The notes beneath the pieces are model-generated. The model saw only the letters and a list, made by a program, of their open reading frames with translations, had not been told where the DNA came from and made no database searches. Both the position numbers and the translations under genes were made by a program. A stretch of DNA of 6,976 bases from positions 1 through 6,976 of the forward strand of contig NW_021829156.1 in assembly GCF_006345805.1 (NCBI RefSeq). The letters run 5' to 3'. The stretch is from Octopus sinensis. Lineage: Eukaryota. Shown here piece by piece: positions 1-6,347 of this stretch (position 1 is its first letter; each line of letters starts with the position of its first letter).

Positions 1-51
1 ATAAATATATAATATATTATATATATATCTATATATATATATATAGATATA
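1..51. repeat. TA-rich microsatellite; insertion site of the mariner element
   Basis: Imperfect (TA)n. It ends in the TA dinucleotide (50-51) that directly precedes the mariner TIR. Confidence 0.9.
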
Positions 52-80
52 TCAGGTTGAGTAAAAGTATGCAACGTTTT
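52..80 (+). repeat. Left terminal inverted repeat of a mariner transposon
   Basis: TA|TCAGGTTGAGTAAAAGTATGCAACGTTTT resembles the Hsmar1-type TIR (TTAGGTTGGTGCAAAAGTAATTGCGGTTTT, from memory). It follows a TA target and lies 157 bp upstream of the transposase ATG. No matching right TIR is present in the window. Confidence 0.8.
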
Positions 81-236
81 TAACCTTGAAAATTTGTGCA
101 CCGAATTTTTGCAGTTTTGAATCTTTTTAAAACATTATTTTTTAAATGTCTGATAACATAGACATAGATTTGTCCAAATGCATCAATAGATTAACATTGT
201 TTTTTTTTTTTTTCACCGTTGTTACAATCATCTGAA

Positions 237-614
237 ATGGAGCTGTCAAAGCGCGATATTCGAGCAGTTTTGCTATTCATCTTCGAAAAAGGACGTAAAA
301 CAGCTGAAACTGCAGCCGACGTCAACGAAACGTTTGGTAAGAAAATGACCAGTGAGCGGTCAGTTCGAAAATGGTTGAAACGATTTCGCTCTGGAGACCT
401 GAGCCTTGAAAATCGCGAGCTTAATGGACGCCCATCTATCATCGATGACGGTCAATTAAAGACCGTTATTGAGAAAGATCCACGTAAAACTATTCGAAAA
501 CTGGAAAAAGAACTTCAAGTTAGCCAATGGTTGGACCAAAAGTTTCTCGCCACATCTAAGTGGCCGTCCCCTGTTACTACTAGTTTAACCCCAGGCAGAT
601 CTCCCGCCAGTTGA
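237..614 (+). pseudogene. Mariner transposase N-terminal DNA-binding (HTH) fragment, 125-aa ORF lacking the DD34D catalytic domain
   Basis: MELSKRDIRAVLLFIFEKGRKTAETAADVNETFG...SERSVRKWLKRFRSGDLSLENRELNGRPS..DDGQLKTVIEKDPRKTIRKLEKELQVS aligns residue by residue with the Hsmar1/SETMAR-type N-terminus (IRAIFLFEFKMGRKAAET...ERTVQWWFKKF..GDESLEDEERSGRPSEVDNDQLRAIIEADP...ELNV). The real ATG is at 237. Similarity breaks after codon 96 (nt 524). Confidence 0.9.
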
Positions 615-638
615 TTATCGGTGAACCTGCACCCTGTA

Positions 639-785
639 CATATACACATATGCGTGTATGTGTGTGTATATATGTATATGTGTGTGGTGTGTGTGTGCGA
701 GTGTGTGTGTGTGTGTCTATGTATATATATATGGGTGTGTGTGTGTCTCTCTCTCTATATATATATATTTGTGTGTGTGTGTGTA
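639..785. repeat. Compound (TG)n/(TA)n/(TC)n microsatellite
   Basis: Directly visible dinucleotide runs. Confidence 0.95.
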
Positions 786-870
786 TAGTTCAAATATAAA
801 GTAAACAGAACACGAATAAATGTGAAGGAACAACAAGCAGGTGTATTAATTTAGCGCTGATTAATGGAAT

Positions 871-912
871 AGTCTTTGACGTTTCGAGGTTACGCCCTTC
901 GACCGAAGGACT
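871..912 (-). ncRNA. Degenerate minimal type I hammerhead ribozyme motif (Penelope-like-element type)
   Basis: The minus strand reads AGUCCUU-CGGUCGA-A-GGG cguaac CUC-GAAA-CGUC-AAAGACU. Stem I has 6 of 7 bp and stem II has 3 bp. GAAA is followed by a palindromic ACGU stem III and a GUC cleavage triplet. The core deviates from CUGANGA at U4 and A6. Confidence 0.5.
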
Positions 913-991
913 GAGAGGGGGAAAACGGAGAACGAAATAAAACGGAGTGAGAAAAAGTGTGTGTAGGTATTAACGTTTAACATAATGAAAC

Positions 992-1075
992 ATATATATA
1001 TATATATATATATAAAATTAGAAAAAAAAACACCTTTTATCAATTCAACAATGAAAAATTAAATTATACAATATA
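992..1075 (+). repeat. Left arm of a long inverted repeat (23-nt AT tract plus ~60-bp arm)
   Basis: 1031-1075 matches the reverse complement of 1446-1490 at 38/45 ungapped (41/46 columns with two gaps). The match continues through AAATT(A/G)GAAAAA into the TA tract. Confidence 0.9.
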
Positions 1076-1257
1076 TGACTAAGTTTATTATTCTTTTCTT
1101 ATATATGTTCAAATTTTATTTTTAGAGATATAATAAATATTTATACCTCTTTATTCTATTTTTATTTACACAAGAATATATTTGTTAAGATATTTCGTAT
1201 TTTACAAGATTATATACGTATATTTATTTATTTAATTACTTTATTACTTTTTATCTT

Positions 1258-1340
1258 TGACCTGAAGAGTGGCTATATTTATATTGAATTGATTTTACTG
1301 TTATCATTTCTTAAATATAGCCACGAAACTCGTGTAGACA
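1258..1340 (+). ncRNA. Type I hammerhead ribozyme with long stem II
   Basis: CUGAAGA (1262-1268) is immediately followed by a perfect 13-bp stem II, GTGGCTATATTTA (1269-1281) / TAAATATAGCCAC (1312-1324), and then GAAA (1325-1328). Stem III is the near-palindrome ACTCGTGT, the cleavage triplet is GUA (1334-1336), and stem I is TGAC/GACA (3 of 4 bp). Confidence 0.8.
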
Positions 1341-1445
1341 TTCTACCAAATATATACGTTTTATTTATTATTTTGCACATTACTTAATCATTGGTATATG
1401 TTTTTATCTTATATTTAATTTTTTCTATAGGATGTAATTTTTTTC

Positions 1446-1526
1446 TATATGGTATAATTTAATTTTTTCCTTGTGAATTGATAAATGGTGTATTTTTCCA
1501 ATTTATATATATATATATATATATAT
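1446..1526 (-). repeat. Right arm of the long inverted repeat (arm plus 23-nt TA tract)
   Basis: Reverse complement of 992-1075. The TA tract at 1504-1526 has the same length as the one at 992-1014. Confidence 0.9.
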
Positions 1527-1702
1527 TGTGAAATTTGATTTACTATTTCTAAATTTAATTTTTTCCTGTAAGTTTGGAATAATATTCCCTAATATTATAT
1601 TATATATATATATAGTATAACTAGTGTGGACATATAGATGCACGACTGCTACTGTCAAATATTCTAAAGCTCCTTCATTGGAATTTCAATATCAACAACA
1701 GG

Positions 1703-1806
1703 GTATGTATGCATGTATGTATGTTTACATGTATGCATGTATGTATGTAAGTATGTATGAATGAATGAAGGAAGGAATGAATTAATGAATGAATGAATGA
1801 ATGAAT
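1703..1806. repeat. (GTAT)n followed by (GAAT)n microsatellite
   Basis: Directly visible tetranucleotide repeats. Confidence 0.9.
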
Positions 1807-1920
1807 GCATTAATGCATGTATACAAAGAGACACTGAGTGCGCATGTCAATGTAGAAGAATGTCACTCCATTGTTTTCAATGTCACTTGTAGTTGTTTCT
1901 CTTTGTTTGTTGTGGTTCTT

Positions 1921-1947
1921 GATGACGACGACGATGACGATGACAAC

Positions 1948-1983
<36 letters not shown>
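1921..1983. repeat. (GAC/GAT)n trinucleotide repeat
   Basis: 21 triplets, the last 12 pure GAT. It produces the poly-D and poly-M ORFs. Confidence 0.95.
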
Positions 1984-1984
<1 letters not shown>

Positions 1985-2034
1985 TTACTATTGAAACTTG
2001 CTGTTCTTATTGTTTTACGTTCTTTTTCTTTTTT

Positions 2035-2172
2035 TAGTTGCTGCTTTTTTCCCCTGGCTCCTATTCTTTCCTGCCGCTGTTGCTATTGTTATTGTTGCTG
2101 CTCAACGTTGCTTTTATTGTCATTGTTGTTATTGTCGTCGCCGTCGTCATTGTTTTTGTTGTTGTTGTTGTT
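2035..2172. repeat. Degenerate (GTT/GCT/GTC/ATT)n trinucleotide tract
   Basis: Visible triplet periodicity. Confidence 0.85.
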
Positions 2173-2437
2173 CTGAGCACGTCCACCATTTTCACCACTT
2201 TTTCCACCGTATTAATCTGGTCGCCACTAAATTACACAGTTGCCTGGTGAGCACCAGGCCTTTAACACTGAATTATAACATACATCGCAGGTCCGCACGC
2301 CGCTCAGGCACACTCACCGTCTTAACCGTGTGGCCACCGAACTCACGTGCTCTCTACTCCCACCCTTCTCTCCCTACCCCTCTCCCTCCTTCTCCTTACA
2401 ATTTCACACTAATATACTGAGGGACTATTCAACATGC

Positions 2438-2979
2438 ACGCGTACGTTTGTATGTCTGTGGTGTGTGTGTGGGTATATGTGCTGTTGCGTATGGAGAGGA
2501 TATATATATATATATGTAGACGTGTATATGTATGTATGTATGAACGTATGTATGAATGCATGTACGTATGTATGTATGCAGGTATGTATGCGTGTATGTA
2601 TGCATGTATGTATGCATGTATGTATGCATGTATGTATGCATGTATGTATGCATGTATGTATGTATGCATGTATGTATATATGTATGTAGGCTTATATGTA
2701 TGCATGTATGTATGTACGTATATACGTACGTACGCATGTATGTATGTATGTGCATATATGTATGTAGGCATGTATGTATGTATGCGTGTATATATGCATG
2801 TATGTACGTATGTATGTATGTATACAGGTATGTATGTGTGTATGTATGCATGTATGCATGTATGCATGTATGTATGTATGTACGTATGCACGTATGTACG
2901 TATGTATGCATGTATGTATGTACGTATGCATGTATGTGTGTACGTATGTATATATGTATGCATGTATGCATGTATGCAT
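2438..2979. repeat. Large imperfect (GTAT/GCAT/GTAC)n microsatellite array
   Basis: ~540 bp of tetranucleotide periodicity. It is the source of the MYVC/HTYI ORFs. Confidence 0.95.
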
Positions 2980-3104
2980 AGGTGAGTTTGCAGAAGGCTG
3001 AAGGTGATCTCTGACTGAGCTTGCGTGAATATACACCGTTAGAGAAGTAGCAAAGACGTGGGGAGATGTGTACGGCTAGTATATTTCGGCCATTATTTCA
3101 CTCC

Positions 3105-3169
3105 CTCCTTCTTTCCTCTCTCTCTCTAGTCTCTCTCTATATGTGTGTGTGCATGTGTTAGTGTGTGTG

Positions 3170-3203
<34 letters not shown>

Positions 3204-3745
3204 ATCTATATATATATATATATATATATCTATATATACACACACACATACACACAAATACATACATGCACAAATACCTGTCTATATTTAAGTATATATG
3301 CCTCTTCCTCTGTGTGCATACATGTATTCATGTGTGCGTTTGTGTGTGTATGTATGTATGCATAGATACATACATACATACATATACATATATACATACA
3401 CATATGCATACATGCATACAAACACACACATACATGCATGCATACAAACACACACATATAAACATACATATACATATACACATTCATGCAACACATACAC
3501 ACTTACGTACATACATACATGCATACATGCATACATACATACATACATACACACATACATACATACACACATGCATACACTCATACATACATACATGCAT
3601 ACATACATACATACGTACGTACGTACGTACATACATACAATACATACATACATACATGCATACATACATGCATACATACATACATACATACATACATACA
3701 TACATACATACATACATACATACATACATACATACATACACACAG
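3105..3745. repeat. Compound (CT)/(GT)/(TA) microsatellites grading into a large (ATAC/ATGC)n array
   Basis: Visible repeats. The ATAC array (~3230-3745) is the complement of the 2438-2979 array. Confidence 0.95.
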
Positions 3746-3840
3746 CTATTATCACTCTAGCTGTATCTTATTTAACTGCTTCCAGCCGACATTATGTAGA
3801 TCACCTCACCCACATACAACTGGGTTATTCCGTGTGGATA

Positions 3841-3962
3841 GATACACAAACATACAACCAAACAAACAAACACACACACACACTCACACACACACACACA
3901 CACACTCATACACACACACACACACACTCACACACAGACATACACACATGAATACATACATA
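3841..3962. repeat. (AAAC)n/(AC)n microsatellite
   Basis: Directly visible. Confidence 0.9.
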
Positions 3963-4095
3963 AACCAATGTAAATATAACTTAAGGCACCGAGCCGACCG
4001 TTTCATGCATGGTTGGGTCCGAGTTTGCCACTCCAGTGACGATGGTTCCTTAAATACAAGAGACACTTCTGTCACACAACAGCTCACTCACTAAA

Positions 4096-4553
4096 CACCC
4101 TCTCTCTCTCACCTCCTTCTCTCTCTCTCTACCTATCTACCTATCTATCTATTTACCCCCCCCCACTCTCTTCCTTATTCTATCTATATATCTTTCTCTT
4201 ATATATCTTTTGTTAAAGCTCAAACCGCTGTCACACGTTCTATTTTCGTTGTCGCCGTTGTTGTTCTTGTGCAGCCATTGCAGTATTTGTTATTCTGGTT
4301 TTGTTTTTGTTTGTATTGTTGTTGCTTTTGTTCCTTTTCCTCTTCCTCTTCCTCTTCCTCTCTATTTCCTCTTCTTTTTCTTCCTTTTCCTCTTTCCTCC
4401 GGCCATTTGTATTGTCGTGTTCTTGTTATTATTGTTATCGTAGTTGTTGGTGTTGTTTCTTCTTCTTCTTCTTCTTCTTCTTCTTCTTCTTCTTCTTCTT
4501 CTTCTTCTTCTTCTTCTCTTCTTCTTCTTCTTCTCCTTCTTCTTCTTCTTCAT

Positions 4554-4590
<37 letters not shown>

Positions 4591-4960
4591 ATCATCATCA
4601 TCATCGTCGTCATCATCATCGTTATCATCATCATCATCATCTTTCTTGTCTTCTTTTTTTCCCTCTTTCTCATCATTTTCTCTTTCTTCCGACCATTAAG
4701 TTTGTTGTTATTGTTGATTGTTGTTGCTGTGTCTCTTCTCTTCTCTCTTCTTTCTTCTCTCCTTCTTCTTCTTCTTTCTTTCTTCTTCTTTTTCTTCCTT
4801 CTCTCTTCTCTCCTCTTTCTTCTTCTTCTTCTTCTTCTTCTTCTCTTCTCTTCTTCTTCTTCTTCTTCTTCTCTTTCTCTCTTCTCTTTCTTTTCTTCTT
4901 TCTTTCTTTCTTTCTTTTTCTCCCTCTTTCTCTCGGCCATTATCATTGTTGATCTTGCTG
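4096..4960. repeat. Pyrimidine-rich compound simple-repeat block: (CT)n, (CTAT)n, (GTT)n, (CTT)~20, (CTA)~11, (CAT)n, degenerate (CTT)n
   Basis: (TTC)n at 4457-4517, (CTA)n at 4554-4588 and (CAT)n at ~4589-4640, with long C/T tracts at 4730-4935. Confidence 0.95.
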
Positions 4961-5076
4961 TTATTGTTGTTAATACAGTCGCCATTATTGTGTCGTGCAA
5001 TTGTAGCTGCTGCTGAAGATCAACCTCGATCAGCAAGGCCTACAATAAAAGCCTTTCCGGCTGTGGCCATCTACTC

Positions 5077-5235
5077 TTTTTAACCCCAGGTCGACCCTGA
5101 TCAAGTATTCCTATCACAAAAGACTTTCCACTCATAACCATCTCGACTTTCTTGATAAACGTTTCCATTTTCAGGATGTTAGGTTTGAGTTGGTGTGATT
5201 TGAAAGAGATTTGTCTGCTATTTTTAGCATACAAA
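5077..5235. repeat. Diverged copy A of an interspersed repeat (TTAACCCCAGGTCGACCCTGATC...)
   Basis: The first ~70 bp align at roughly 60% with 5292-5352. It resembles an abundant octopus interspersed repeat as I recall it; this was not verified, and the right boundary rests on that recollection. Confidence 0.5.
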
Positions 5236-5284
5236 GTGTTGTGATAGTTGATTTTGTTTGTCACAGGAATTATTATATTTACAG

Positions 5285-5360
5285 TTGTCGTTAGCTTTAG
5301 GATAACTTTAGATCGGGCAGACCTATAATCAAAGGCGCTCCAGCCATGACCAGATCGCTT
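5285..5360. repeat. Diverged copy B of the same interspersed repeat
   Basis: TAGCTTTAGGATAACTTTAGATCGGGCAGACCTATAATCAAAGGCGCTCCAGCCATGACCA shares the blocks AGG, GATC, CCTAT, AAA, CCA, CAT and ACCA with copy A, in the same order and spacing. Confidence 0.5.
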
Positions 5361-5416
5361 TCTATTCACATGCAGACATCGTACATATATACTTATATGC
5401 ATACATGCATACATAC

Positions 5417-5805
5417 GCCATCATGGAGGTCAGCTGTCCTGCTGCTGTGAAGACCTCTTTGAAAATCAAAGAGAAAGAGGATAACTATGGACAGCTGTTT
5501 CAAAACATCCCAGCTTCTATATCCAGATTATAAATTCACGTTTATACCAATAATAATTGGTGCAGTGTGCTTCGTGAGTAAAAGCCAAAGTGGCAATCTA
5601 GATAAGATAGAATTTTCAGAAAAAGAAATCAACCAGCCATCTTGCATATTACAAATACAACCTGTAAGTGGAACAGTAAAAATATGCAAGATTTTCCTCA
5701 AGTTTAAAGTGTGGCTTTGTTTTGTTATCTACATTCCAAAGACGGAGTTTTGTACCTTTGTTAGAAACCAGCTCCTTCTTCGGAGGAAGAATTCGGATAA
5801 CTAAA
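5417..5805 (+). mobile_element. 5'-truncated non-LTR retrotransposon 3' end (RLE endonuclease C-terminus plus 3' UTR; R4/Dong/Rex6-like), family 1
   Basis: The frame at 5417 gives AIMEVSCPAAVKTSLKIKEKEDNYGQLFQNI. After a +1 frameshift at ~5510 it continues QLLYPDYKFTFIPIIIGA...SGTVKICKIFLKF. The E-x-SCP...K..KE..Y..L and PIIIGA motifs are typical of the C-terminal PD-(D/E)xK RLE domain. Confidence 0.8.
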
Positions 5806-5975
5806 GCATACGAGAATACGTATACAAGCATGCATACTTAAATATACGCATACATATATAGGTAGGCAGGTATATACATACACAGATGCTTACATACATG
5901 CACACATACACATTGTATACAAACATGAATGCTTGCATACATAGATGCAGGCATGCATACATACATACATATATA
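5806..5975. repeat. Degenerate (ATAC/ATGC)n tract
   Basis: Visible tetranucleotide-derived low-complexity sequence. Confidence 0.8.
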
Positions 5976-5977
5976 AC

Positions 5978-6296
5978 TAAGTTGCACTCCGTCGGTTGCG
6001 ACGACAAAGGCTCTCGTTGATCCGATCCGATCAAGGAAACACCCTGCTCGGGAAATTAACAAGCAAGTGGCCTGAGTATTCCACAGACATGTGGAGTACT
6101 CTTAACGTGATTCTCAAGAAAATTCATCGTGACACAGAATCTGGCATGGCTGGCCCTTTGAAATACTGGTACTGTTCAGTTTTGCTAACTGAGTGGATTG
6201 GAGCAATGTGAAATGAAATGTCTTGGTCAGACACAATGCGCTGCCGGGAATCGAACTCATGCTCTTATGATTGTGAACCGAATATTCTCGCCACTA
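5978..6296 (-). mobile_element. tRNA-derived SINE, near full length (~320 bp), 5' head clipped
   Basis: The minus strand begins TAGTGG (A-box remnant) and has a B box GAGTTCGATTCC (6258-6247). A TTGTGTCTGACCAAGACATTTCATTTCAC central-domain-like segment follows, then a GC-richer body ending in a microsatellite tail. It matches my recollection of an octopus SINE family. Confidence 0.8.
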
Positions 6297-6347
6297 CATA
6301 CATACATACATACATACATACATACATACATACATACATACATACAT
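6295..6347. repeat. Pure (TACA)13 microsatellite
   Basis: 53 nt of uninterrupted repeat between the SINE head and the LINE fragment. Confidence 0.97.

Larger units (their letters stand above)
52..638 (+). mobile_element. Truncated/internally deleted mariner (Tc1/mariner superfamily, Hsmar1/cecropia-like) DNA transposon
   Basis: Left TIR, 5' UTR and the N-terminal third of a transposase. The right boundary is uncertain: homology is clear to ~524 and only possible for 525-638. Confidence 0.85.

Noticed and set aside
584-595. 12-mer TTTAACCCCAGG shared with 5079-5090
   Set aside because: About one exact 12-mer match is expected by chance in 7 kb, and the flanks do not extend convincingly.
1801-2420. 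Poly-D/poly-M and Leu/Val-rich ORFs
   Set aside because: They derive from (GAT)n and (GTT)n repeats and have no support as exons.
2980-2987. Strong plus-strand donor AG|GTGAGT
   Set aside because: It is preceded only by microsatellite, with no plausible upstream exon or acceptor.
2409-4094. Many long ORFs (MYVC, HTYI and IYIY repeats)
   Set aside because: They are translations of stop-poor tetra- and dinucleotide microsatellites.
5011-5035. CTGAAGA within a small hairpin as a third hammerhead
   Set aside because: There is no stem II closed before a GAAA and no stem III or cleavage triplet.
4210-5083. Poly-S/L/F/H/R/E ORFs
   Set aside because: They are translations of trinucleotide and pyrimidine tracts, open in several frames at once.
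5099-5314. Apparent 208-bp insertion flanked by GATC (TSD or MboI/Sau3AI ligation chimera)
   Set aside because: The sequence after the first GATC and before the second is itself homologous to the other copy. These are two repeat copies, not one interrupted copy.
5040-5414. 124-aa minus-strand ORF with ordinary-looking composition
   Set aside because: It starts in a microsatellite, runs through two decayed repeat copies and has no recognisable domain.
6208-6296. tRNA gene (minus strand); likewise 6742-6800 (plus)
   Set aside because: A/B boxes are present, but there is no complete cloverleaf or acceptor stem and both continue into SINE bodies.
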